From Owenia fusiformis (taxonomy: Eukaryota): a stretch of DNA of 64,000 nt. Of this stretch, positions 41,136 through 53,800 are shown one piece after another. Each line of letters begins with the position of its first letter. Within the stretch, counting starts at the first letter, position 1. The notes below the pieces were generated by a model. That model worked only from the letters and a program-made list of their open reading frames with translations, did no database searches and had not been told where the DNA came from. A program made the position numbers and the translations under genes. The stretch lies in assembly GCA_903813345.2 (NCBI GenBank), contig CAIIXF020000001.1, positions 6,076,001 to 6,140,000 on the forward strand. Direction: 5' to 3'.

Positions 41136-44100
41136 ATGTGGTCTTGGACGACAGGGGCCATCATTGTCATCGCAAATTTAGCTATATTAACGGAATCAAG
41201 GCTTGCTACAATAGATTCCGGACGTATCAACGGCTCAAGTATAAAACTAGACGATGGGACGGTGATAGATACGTGGTTCAATATACCATTTGCAAAACCG
41301 CCACTCGGCAACCTTCGATGGCGAGTAAGTTTTTTTTATTTATTTCATAGTTGTAATTCAATGTTCGATATCCATTGCATGTATGGTAAATTATTTGATA
41401 ATTATGGCATTTTACATCAATATGAAATATTAAGTAGGCCAGGCAAGTGATTTATTTGAACAGACTTGCGCACGGACGTCAAGCTGCTTAAAGCACATTT
41501 AAACTTATTTTTGATCCCAAGTTCATTTTCTCTCGTTTCTAGAAACTTATACGTAATACTCGTACTATATATCTTTTCATGTTACGTACAGTTGCCACAA
41601 CAACCAGATAATTGGACAGATGTACGAGATGCGACAAAGTTTGGGAACTGCTGCCCTCAGCTAAGTCTTCTTATCGACATAACAAATCCAGACTTTCACA
41701 ACTTTGAAGAGGACTGTCTCAATCTTAACGTATTCTCACCTGCGGTAAGATCCCATACTACACTACTACATTGTGTTCACGTGTTATCACGGGTTGTCAT
41801 CGAAAAATTTGTCCAGCTTGGGGGAGCATGTTATTTTTCATAAAAACACTAAAAAACTTCACAAATCATGTATGTTTCGTTACCAGCTTCCCCATGCATG
41901 AGTATTTAATTTGCAGATAACTTTCACTTCTATTTGAAGTCCAATAATGCTATAAGGAGTAAAAGGTATTGAAAACAGCACCAGAGTATCATACTCGAAA
42001 ATGTCCTTTTGTCAAGGAATATAAATGTCCATCTAATTTTTGTATATAAACAAAATATTTAAGAATTATAGACGGAGATCAATTAACAAAAGGGGTATAT
42101 TCAGGGCTGAAGATCATAGTCTTAACATCTATGGAGAGAGACAACTCATGTAACCCAATCCCGTTCTCTCGATCCCTCGAAACCATGGACCCATTGTGTG
42201 TAGAGTGCATAACACATTGTAATGGTTGATAAATTGTAGTCGGATGGCCTTTATCCTGTTATGGTGTGGCTCCACGGTGGTGCCTATACTGCCAGTGGCA
42301 ATGTTCAATACAATGGGCACTTTCTGGCCAGGAAGGGAGTCGTTGTCGTGTCAATCAACTACAGAGTTGGCATCCTAGGTAAAGCTTGTTATACATTATG
42401 TGCCTCTTATGATTTAAATGTTTCTTCGTCGGGAATTAACACGAAAAACTTACGCATACGTATCTATCTTTAATCACTGTCGGTAAGTACATGCATTCAT
42501 TTAATAGTAATTGTCAATTTACAATATTTCAGGATTCTTGACAACAGAGGACAGTGCGGCAACTGGAAATTATGGGATGCACGACCAGGTGAGAAATCTT
42601 CACTACACCATTTTAAATATTAAGTGTCATGTTAATTATGGTATTTCATGGAGTATACTGTAGATCAGTAGTGTTGAACTTGATCATATGTCTGTTGTAG
42701 GTTATGGCATTGCAATGGGTTCAGAAAAACATACGGAAAATGAAAGGTGACCCAAATAGAGTAACAATATTTGGTCAAAGTGCCGGAGCAAGTAGTTCAG
42801 GCTTGATGATTCTCTCCAAGAAAGCCCGTGGTAAGTATAATACTAATATGTTAAAGACACTGTTAAGATTTGGAACTCATTTGCACTTGTTAGCAGATGT
42901 TGAGGAGATGATGAACTAACTTTCCCATGGCAATGTTTCTTTATTCCTTTTTGTTTTGAATGTTTAATATCATATGATAACATTAGATAACATATTTAAG
43001 CAGGTTTTGATATATTCTGACCAATTCGTATCTTCATTTGGCGTTGATGTAATACTGACTTCAATTTTAGTTCACCATCTCTTTAAATTACGCCTATAAA
43101 CTTGATTGTGACGATCCGATTATGTACTCTGCCTACATTAGTGAATAAATCTAGCATCAAATGCATCTTGTTGCCTAGGTCTCTTCCATCAAGCCATCTG
43201 TCAAAGTGGGTCGGATATGGCGCCATGGGCTATCAACTACCCAGAGATGGGGCCGGCTTATTACACCAAAGAGCTGGTGAAACGTATCAATGAAAATCGT
43301 GGTGAAGATGATCCTATCATACCCACAAATAACAACACAGAGATGGTCGAAGCACTGAGGAAGGTGGATATATGGGACATGATGCTCGTAGATGATGTTC
43401 CAAGAAAGGCAAGAGTCATGAGCGTGCCATATAGTTATGGCTCTAATTGCTCACAATATTAACAATGAAAAGCATTACACAATCGCCAGATTCAATTTCT
43501 ATAAACGCGTGCATGAGCATGTATGACTATACACTGTCATCATGTCATTATAATTTTTAGAAAGGTTGGATCAGTCTTGGTTTTGTCCCTGTTGTTGATG
43601 GTCTTTATGGCATTCCCGAAAAGGATGCATTTCTGCACGACACACCTCCAAACCTGCGAGAGAAAAATGAGTTCGCGAAAGTCAACATTATGTCAGGATT
43701 AACAACTGAAGATGGTTCTCTATACGTACCCGCTGGTGAGTATACTAGAAACGTACGGATATATTTTTGGTAAATGAAATACAGATTCAACAAATCTATT
43801 TTAACTAATACCGTGTCGACCTACACCATATCATGAAATAATTCTTTCCAGTAATTCCTGATATATGGGATTTTCCTGATGGATACAGCAGAACTGAGTT
43901 TCTGGAACGATTAAAAAACATGTCTTATGAATTCTCTGATCCGAGCATCTCGGAAGTTATATATCAAGCCATGTCCTTTGAGTACTCTACGTATCCCCAC
44001 GTGGACGATGCAAAAGGCAACAGAGATAGACTTGTTGAGGTATGTACGCGAAACAAAACGACACTTGAAGATAATCAATAAATTAATATCACTTGTCGTG

Positions 44101-46605
44101 TTCAATGGCTTGCGGGCTCTTATTTCACGTGTAATTTTAAAAATTAATTATTTTTTATAATAAATGAAATTTTCGTTATTCATCGAACCTCTATTCAAGA
44201 TGGCATTGGGTTATAGTAGGGGATTTTCTGTTAGCAACTTCGTCTCTGGTGCTGCAGAGCATCATATAATGAAAATGAAACATAAACTAAAAAAACAAGG
44301 GGTATTATAATGGATGCTATCCGCGTCATTTGCATTTTCAGCTGTTTACCGATGTTGGATTTACCCATGGAATTGACCTTCAATTGTTGAACCACAACCA
44401 ATTCAACAGTACATATGAATATGTTATTGGTATGGTCACCTCAAATGTTACTGGAGCGGAAGGGATAGACGATCTTCATTGGATTGGTGAGTAAGCGCCT
44501 TGAGGTTTGTTTCTTCTGGGACGTAGACGCGTTTTGTCATAATGTTAATAATTGTATCATAATCGGCGCAAGATTGTTCTAAACAATTGTGCGTAGTAGT
44601 TTGATACATTCAGCATTGCATTTCAACCTGTTTTTAATCTCTGCAAATGTAACATAGATGAATTAGCGTGTTTGGACAATTAATATGAAGTTATATGAAG
44701 AAGTTAAGAAACGTATCATTCGTGTATTTTTGCTAATAAAGAGAACGGGGCCAAGAATAGAACCCTTTGGAACTCTACAATACACGCATGAATTGTGTAC
44801 ATTGCCCACTTTATTGAATGAACCGGTTGGGTCGGGCCATTGAAATGAGTTTTTAATATAGATTTAGCATAAATTAGACATATGGTGTTATGTGAAAGTT
44901 TGCACTAGAATTTAAGTCACATTAGGAACATACGATATCTATCACGTGGTACTAACTTCGACCGTTCATTTGAATTTTTGACCTACCAAGTGTTTGAAAA
45001 TCAAGGATTGCGAGTCTCATACTGCACCGTTTTTCTTCAAACTTGTTCCATTCAAAGTATAACAAAAATGCCTTTCTGTTGATACATTATTCTGCTATAC
45101 AGAGTCCCTACTTTCAGCGGCATTTGGGTCCCCAGCTGCGAGAAGGGCTTCTCACAACTGAGGACCAAAAACGCGGCTAAAACGAGGAACTCTTTACAAT
45201 AAAGCAATGTACCAACAGAAAGGCAATTTTGTTTTGCTTTGAATGGAACAAGTTTGAAGGAAAACGGTGCAGTATGAGACTCGCAGTCCTTGATTTTCAA
45301 ACACTTGGTAGGTCAAAAATTCAAATTAATCGTCGAAGTTAGTACCGCATGTACTTTATTTACAAACAATTGCTGCGCCAAAATGGAGTTGTTTAAAAAT
45401 CCATGCATGTTTAGGTAATCCCCATAGTGGCGATCTACCGTATGTATGGGGATGGCCGATGTTACAGGATAACCAAGCTGTCATGGATCAAACGGGTCAA
45501 TCGTCTCTTCTAGCAGGGGTTGTAGGATGGAACGAGCAAGACAAAAATGTGTCTGATTTCGTCATGACTCTCTGGACAAACTTTGCCAAGCATGGGTATG
45601 TTTGCAAATGCTATTTTTAGATAAGAAATTTTGTTATGTACGTCTCACTTTAAAAGGGTACTTAAGAGGCAAATATATCCCTTACTTGCCGTGTGATCCC
45701 ATTCATAGAAAACATGACCCCTTAAAATACAATTGTATTATTTGATTTACAGCAATCCTACCCCAACACCTGTAAATAATGTGACTTGGAAACAGTTCAC
45801 TCCTGCGGAGAGGAACTTCTTGTATATAGATCGTCCCGGGGAACATGAACCAAGGAAGGATTATCGGGTCCATCAACTTGCTTTTTGGCAAAGATTTGTC
45901 CCTTGGATTCTTAACCAAACTAGCGATGCCACGACTCCTGGTAAGTGGTGATAGACGTTTGAGGTCCTGCAAACTGCTACTGAATAAGGAGGAACAAAAA
46001 GGCCAATTTTGCATGAAACGTTTAAAATGTCGTGTTTAAAATTAATTACTTACTCATTTCTCATAAAGCAATTTTATTGGTGGTGTAATTCACGCTTGGT
46101 ACGACAATAAGATAGGAAAACATATGGGCAGTACTTGTAACAGATACAGATTGGTCAAACATTGCCATTCTTTGGAATGTCATAGAAAGTGAACTCTAAT
46201 ATAGCGAGATAAATAGTGCAAAAATAGTTCATTCATGGAACGAAGCGTGAAACTTTCCATGTATCATAAGAACATCATTCCATTTGATTTTTCAGTCAAT
46301 CTAGGGGACCATAAAAATGGCTCTGGCTCTTAAATCAAAGAGAATGGTGTTCTGATGATATGTGGAAAGTTTCACGCTTCATTCCGTGAATGAACTATTT
46401 GCAAAAACTCTGATCTGTTTATTTTTACAATTTTAAATAAGTATACGGCGGGTTAACCTCACTTCTTGCTTTAAAACTTGTAGCATCACCGCCCACCCCA
46501 ACTACCACAACAGTGAAAAGTAGCAGTGAATCATTGGGACTACGGAACAACGAGCTGCGATTTTGCTGGATGCTACTCAGCCTTGTATTGTTAGTGTTTG
46601 TGTAA
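41136..46605 (+). CDS. Type-B carboxylesterase / cholinesterase-like alpha/beta hydrolase, 631 aa, with signal peptide and putative GPI-anchor signal
   Basis: Exons 41136-41324, 41592-41744, 42240-42378, 42533-42588, 42701-42830, 43179-43408 (GC donor), 43561-43735, 43852-44039, 44342-44486, 45415-45595, 45753-45940, 46484-46605 (1896 nt). Motifs IPFAKPPLGNLRW, EDCLNLNVF, VMVWLHGGAY, GNYGMHDQ, FGQSAG, GLFHQAICQSG, GLTTEDG, HSGDLPYVWG, WTNFAKHGNP; hydrophobic C-terminus. Confidence 0.93.
44943..45351. mobile_element. Foldback MITE with long (~110-130 bp) near-perfect TIRs in an esterase intron
   Basis: 44948-45057 is the reverse complement of ~45237-45346 with few mismatches. Confidence 0.85.
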
Positions 46606-46655
46606 CCAGCACAACATGGAGCTGGAGAAAAATATGGACGAACAACGGGCTATTA

Positions 46656-47205
46656 ACACCCTAGTCACATTTGTCGCACGGCGGCCGCAAGTCGACTGCA
46701 GAACAATTAAATCGGTGAATTTCTGCGGCGAGCGTAGAAAAACTACGCTAGAAGGCGTTCATTTTACTATATCGACCTGAGAAATGTGTGACGTCATAGT
46801 GGTGGTCCATATGGACCGGTCTAGAATATATTCTGGACCGGCAATTTTCCCCGGGATATTAGATATCGTTCAATGCGTAAGATTTTCTTGCTGTTTCAGT
46901 CCTGGTCGTTAACGGTGGTAATAATACTAATAACGTCATTTCTGCGAGCAATATAGTGAAATTTTGGACCTTGGGCCTTTGGCCCTCGGTCCAATATTTC
47001 ACTATATTGCCCTTAGAAATGACGTTATTGTACTATAAATTGTCAATAATTTATCAATAGAAATTTAAAATTCACCGTGCGGCTGCCGTGGGAAATGTGA
47101 CTGCAAAAGTATGAGAGCGCAGAAATTCTGCGGCGAGCGTAGAAAAGCTACTGGCCGCAGAAATGATAGACCGCAAGGTCGCCGTAGGAAATGTAACTGG
47201 GGTGT
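46656..47205. mobile_element. PIF/Harbinger-like MITE with a nested hairpin element (46930-47030)
   Basis: TTA|ACACCCTAGTCACATTT ... AAATGTAACTGGGGTGT|TAG; internal ~45-bp inverted arms around GGCCTTTGGCC. Confidence 0.6.
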
Positions 47206-47853
47206 TAGGAACCAATTATATTTTTTATTTTTAATATCAATATCCATGCATTAAAGTCAAAGATTAGTATACACAACTGCTCGATAAAAATATTTTACAA
47301 CATTATATATACGAATTGATTATATAAAGCTAAACTCAACGCAAAACCAAAACTAGTCATTTCTTGTTGGTATAGCGCTTATGGATATTTTGCATTCATC
47401 TAGTTTCTGTAGACATAAAAGTTATTGGATCACTTATGTGTATGTCGTATTTCGTCCGACCAGTTCAAGGCGACAATTATAAATTGTCACATTTTCATTC
47501 TGTGTCCCCAAAACATCTAATCAAATGGGGTCGACCTGAACGAATCTACCACAATAGTTACATAATGGCTAATACGATATACACTAATGTTTGTTTTCGT
47601 GTTTCTTTATGTCACTCTTTCAAACTTATCCTAATTTCAAATACGTTATACTCGATGACGATATCTTGAATCCAAGATAGGTTGGAATCAACCAGTCACC
47701 ATTGGCTCACATCATGGTCGGATACTTTAATTCCTCACCCACACCATTGTTCTATTGATGTTTATTTTATGAGCTCCTTCTTGATATCATTGTCCAAAAC
47801 GCTATATTGTGCGCGTTGGCCTATTAGTTGACCAGGATATATCCTGAGGGACT

Positions 47854-50800
47854 TCACATATTATGGACTGCGAGTGAAGCAATCAACAGAAATATTGAGA
47901 AACCAACAGTCACTGACCCCGACTGACCTGGAAAGTCGAAATATTCAATTTTACATTTCAGTGACATTTTTTCACTCAATCGTAAACGATTCTTGTATTG
48001 TAATGTACATGTCGTATAGTGTACTTTTGGTGTTTCCAAATTACCTTACATGACAAGCTAAAATTAACCATGCATACATATTTCTATCTTTAACATTTTC
48101 ACAAATAATCATTTTACCATTATCTGAATTTTTGTGGACTGAACTGCAATAATAAAGAAAATTGAATAAATAGAAAAATGTTCCAATTTCTATTGGCCCA
48201 CCCTGTAATCTAGTGTGACGTTGACCTCTGAAAGTGCAAAATATTTCAACCGGACCGTACGCTAAAATTTCCAAGACATTAGAGGTTGAAAGTGTACATT
48301 AAGTGTCAGGGAAACAGTTATATTATTACTATTATCATTTTCTGTAAAAAGGTTTTGAGATAATTATATATTATTTTATATAAATTAATGAGGGGGATTA
48401 AAGATTGAGTAAATATGTGTAGAGAATTAGGGCCTACATTTATTTTATGTGAACATTGCATGTAGCATTTACTTCAAGAAGGTAAATAACCACGTTTGCT
48501 GTACTTACCACCAAAAAGGTTGAATAGAAATCCACTGTTACTCTGGGAATTATCACCGCAATCTTCTTCATCATCTGCATCAGGACAGTTTGCAACATCA
48601 TCGCATACCTAAATATTGACAAAGAGGCAATTGAGTTAGTTTGATTCGGAATATATACAGAAATCGGTCAAATTGGTATGGCTTGTGTGATTTGTTTGTT
48701 CTCAGCTAGACAGAATATTGTAAATGGTTAAAGTCACCTCGGTTTCCTCAATACAGGATGATGTGTCCAAGCAGGAATATTGGGCAAACTGACAAATAGA
48801 TGTATTGGAAGAATTAGTTGATAGAGTATCTTCATCTGTTGCAGTCGCAGTACCTTCATTTGTAGTTGTCAAACTACCTCCATTTGTTGATGTCACTGTA
48901 CCTTCATTTGTAGCAGTCGAAGTACGTTCATTTGTAGACGTCGCAGAACCATTATCCGTAGCTGTCAAACCACTTATTTCTGTTGATGTTATAGCACTAC
49001 CATCTGTAGTTGTGGTAGTACCTTCATTTGTAGTTATTTTAGTTCCTTCATCTGTTGTCGTCATTGTAACGTCATCTGTCGTAACACCATCATTTGTAGC
49101 TGTTAATGTTATTTTATTTGGAGCTGTCGTAGTAGCTTCTTCTGTTGTCAATATTGTACTTTCATCTGTTGTCGTCGTTACACCATCATTTGTAGTCATA
49201 GGTATAGTATCATTTTTAGTTGTCATAGTACCTTCATATGAAGATGTTGTTGATAAAAAGCCGCCATCTAGAGTAGTACTAGTACCATCAATTGTTGTCA
49301 CAATGGTGCTTACAACTGGAAGTAACTCAACTGTCATAATTATATAACATTAACACAGCATTGATAAATTAGCAATTATTACACTGAATATGATATTTTG
49401 GCACAGCAAAATATTACATCGATTAATGAATCTATGTATCAATTGTAATTATTTCTAGTGAAATGAGAAATATATAGTTGTAATATAGTTTCTTCATTGT
49501 TGTTCTCATAGAACCTTCATTGTACTTGTACATTTATCATCAGTTTACATGAATATCATCCTACCATACAATGATGTTCATCAACGTGATTGTTCGTTTT
49601 TTCTTATTGCCTATTTATACAATATGAAGACATTGACATATTCAAGGAAACGATATTTACATATTGTGTAAAATCATGTTATGGATAATTGTAAATATAT
49701 GTTTATTAAAATCGCTTACTCGGACATACATCTGTGTTGCAGTCATCACTTTCTGTTTCACTTAACTGACGAGTTTCTCCATCAGCAGCCAAACAAGCAT
49801 CTCCACCATGATCAGGTGCTGGATTGTCACATGACCTAGAACGTGTCTTTGTACCTCCGCCGCACGTGCTAGAGCAGGAACCGAATTCTGACCATTCACT
49901 CCATCCTCCATTGACTGTTTTGAAAACAAACATCATAAATGAATGGCATTGATAATATTTTTAATTATATAAATTATATTTACATGCATCTCGCTTTTGA
50001 AAACCTCTTATGGTTAATTTTGAATATATGTTAATCGCTTACTCGGACATTCATCTGTGTTGCAGTCATCACTTTCTGTTTCACTTGACTGACGAGTTTC
50101 CCCATCAGCAGCCAAACAAGCATCTCCACCATGATCAGGTGCTGGAGTGTCGCATGACCTAGAACGTGTCTTTGTACCTCCACCGCAAGTGGTAGAGCAG
50201 GAACCAAATGCTGACCAGTCACTCCATGCTCCATCGACTGTTTTGAAAACAAACATCATAAATGAATGGCATTGATAATATTTTTAATTATATAAATTAT
50301 ATTTACATGCATCTCGCTTTTGAAAACCTCTTATGGTTAATTTTGAATATATGTTAATCGCTTACTCGGACATTCATCTGTGTTGCAGTCATCACTTTCT
50401 GTTTCACTTAACTGATGAGTTTCCCCATCAGCAGCCAAACAAGCATCTCCACCATGATCAGGTGCTGGATTGTCACATGACCTAGAACGTGTCTTTGTAC
50501 CTCCGCCGCACGTGCTAGAGCAGGAACCGAATTCTGACCATTCATTCCATCCTCCGTTGACTGTTTTGAAAATAAATATCATATATGACCAGTATTGATC
50601 ATATTTAAAAGAGATATCCTCCCAACCGCCGTTAACTGGACATAGCCAATAATCATGATAGTCAGTCTACAGGGTGGGCCAATAAAAATTGGAACATTTT
50701 TCTATTTGTTTAATAGTCTCTATTTTTGCAGTTAAATCCGCATTTAACATTTTCACAAATAATTATTTTACCATTATCTGAATATTTGTGGGCTGAACTG

Positions 50801-53800
50801 CAATAATAAAGAAAAGTGAATGATTAGAAAAATGTTCCAATTTCTATTGGCCCACCCTGTAATGAAGAAAAATGCGATATTTAGTAAAGATTCAAAGAAC
50901 ATCAAATTTCCTACGATCTTTGTACATATGATACAACTATTTCGACAGTTTATCAACACCGGAATTTAATCGAAAAATATGGAAATGTTTGACCAATCTG
51001 TATCTAGAAATTTTACAGGCATCAAGAAGACGCCAACCGATTATTCAATTCTGATATTCAGATATCCTTCTTTCTTGCAACATTGTGTTCGGAGGGACCG
51101 ATGGAAACCCGTTATATCTTAGGACTGGGGTTATTCAAGCTCAGACATTACAGGGGCGTAGCTGGGGATTTAGGCAACTAGACGCCAATAACATATGAAT
51201 GAAAATTTGGTTTGAATTTGCTCTAAAACACTTCCTTATTACCTCCCCTCCCCCATATTAATCCTTGTTTCTCATGACTCCGTACCCGTAACTCTTTATT
51301 TTTACGAGTACATCTGTTTTCATCATTTTCATCATATTATTGATAGAATTCAATAAAATTGTCAAACTCATTATTACTAACTTGTAAGCTTTTAAAATGT
51401 ATGCAAATGAACTGACACTTTTTATACCTGGCATAGTTTTCCAATTACATCTAGTTGTTATGAACTAACATGATGGTTGATACTCATGGGTTTATTTCTC
51501 GAAATTTTGTAAATTTATTAGTTAGTCTATTGTTGTTTGTTTAAAACTTGTATTTCTTGAAAGTTAGTAACTGCGAAAATTAGTAACTTTTTCGCATAGT
51601 TACTAAAATGACGTCATGTGCAATTTTTGGCGTAACTTTATGTACACCTCTGGAGGTCTTGTAAGTCTTTCTAACTATAGTCTAGGGTATTAAATGTTCA
51701 GAAGACACAGAGCAGTCAGTCTCTCTTCTTTCATTGTTGAACGCATTCCCGGGAGATTAAAGAATATGAGAAATTAGTGGCGAGGACAATTCAAGTGTTT
51801 TTAAACCTGAAAAATTGATACTTGAAATGCATAGGTGTATGCTAATTTTATGAGAATGGATGCTATTGGAAGGTCCTGATAAAAACAAATTGGAACTTTA
51901 TGAGCTTCTCATGTATTTTATGGTGAATAAGTGATAGGTAAAATAAAAAAATCCCCACTTAGGATTTTCATCTAGACGCCATGACGTATTGCCGTACATT
52001 ACAGCTACGCCGCTGCATTATAACATATTGACAACTACTTATCTTTATGATATCTTAAAAAGGACAACTGTATTATCCTACTACTGTACAAAGTACATGG
52101 TGCATACTTGGGCATTCGTTAGTATTACAGGACTGATCTGTAAATGAATCCCCCGTGCATGCCGCGCCTGTGCCACTTGGAGGTGGATTGTCACATGCTC
52201 GTGTTCCACTCTGTGTTCCCCCACCACACGTCACGGAGCAATCATCAAAGCTCCAATCACTCCAAACTCCATGCACTAAAATAAGTAAATACAAAATAGT
52301 CTTACATTTTGATGCTTTTAGGATGTCCCCCGAACAAAGTTGAAAATGATGAACACCAGTCCCTTATTTTTCTTTTCAAAATGTAAAGTGCGTACCATAA
52401 CTATATTTAAGAAAAAGTTGACAAAAGGGTGACAATTTTTACATTGGATTCAATGAGGAAATGCGTCGCTGACTTTTGTCAAAATCGACACTTTAGGGAC
52501 TACTTGGTTAGAACAAACCATCAAACTAGCATATGGTTTTTAAAGATTAAAAAAAGATTTAATACGATTTAAAAAATGTACATCTCCAAGGAACATCCCT
52601 AAAGGCTGTAAAATAAATAAACTTAATTTTCAATGCCTCAATTTAAATCTCTATTTTGAATTATTTTTGATAATTCCTTGGTTAAACAATGCGACCTGTC
52701 ACAGTGTACATTTACATGGAAATCATAATTTCAAAAAGTCCACACTAGTCGTCTTTCCGCCTTCTTGTATTTAAAGAATATTTTTGAGAATTCGGAACTA
52801 ATGTATATGTTCAGTATTTCTAATGCTGTTTTGATTGCATATTGTGGAGACACTTTCAAACATTGAAACATCCTAGTATAGAACACAGGTCCTAAGGAGT
52901 CCAATTGGGAGAAGGTTGAAAAACGTGTAGTCGAAGGTGTACCTTGAAAAGCTAGAGTTTCTACATAATAGGGGGAGCTGTCCACCCAGCAATCACAAGT
53001 AAACGTTGTCACTGTTCCACTTTGTCGGTCAGTAACCTGGGCCTACAATTAAAGATATGAAATCAAACAGTTTTCTCCATTTCCACTTTATTAACTAGCT
53101 GAAAAACAGTAGCACCAGGGAGTAGGAAATCTCAAAAAACATATTTTGATAATTAGTGGCCATCTTGAAAATTCCTCTGGAACTGAGCAAATCGGGAAAT
53201 AAAATCCAAATCCATCCACTAGTATTTCAGTCATCAAAGATTACGTTTTTCCGAAAAATAGCGGCTATTTTGAAACATGAACATTTTTTCTTGAGCAGAG
53301 CTCCTTTTCCCCTTTCCCCTTGGTAGCAATGCATAATACGCCGATTGGTATTTGAGTTATCAAAGATCATGTTTTTTGTCCGAAAAATGGAGGCCATTTT
53401 GAAATTCAGCTGCCATCTAAAATTCCTTGTTGAGCAGAGCTATTTTGTCCCTAGGCATCAACATACAAAATTTGAACGTACCATATCCATCCACTGGTAT
53501 ATTCATAGAGTAGGTTTTTAATGGAAAATGGTAGCTATTTGGAAATTTAGTGGCCATTTTGAAAATGTTTGTTTTAGCAAAGCTCCTTTGTCCCTTGGCA
53601 ACAACATGTAAAAATTTGAACCAAATCTCTCATTTTGAAATTCAACCGCCATCTTGAAAATTCCTCCTCAAACAGAGCTACCGAGTCCTTAGGCATCAGC
53701 ATATGAAATTTGATCCAAATCCGTTTACTGCTATTTGAGTTATCAACGATTAGTACGTTTTTTACAAAAATGGCGGCCATTTTGAAATTCAGCGGTAAGC

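Noticed and set aside
48805-49347. Val-rich plus-strand ORFs (also 59309-60163)
   Set aside because: They are antisense shadows of the Thr-rich mucin exons.
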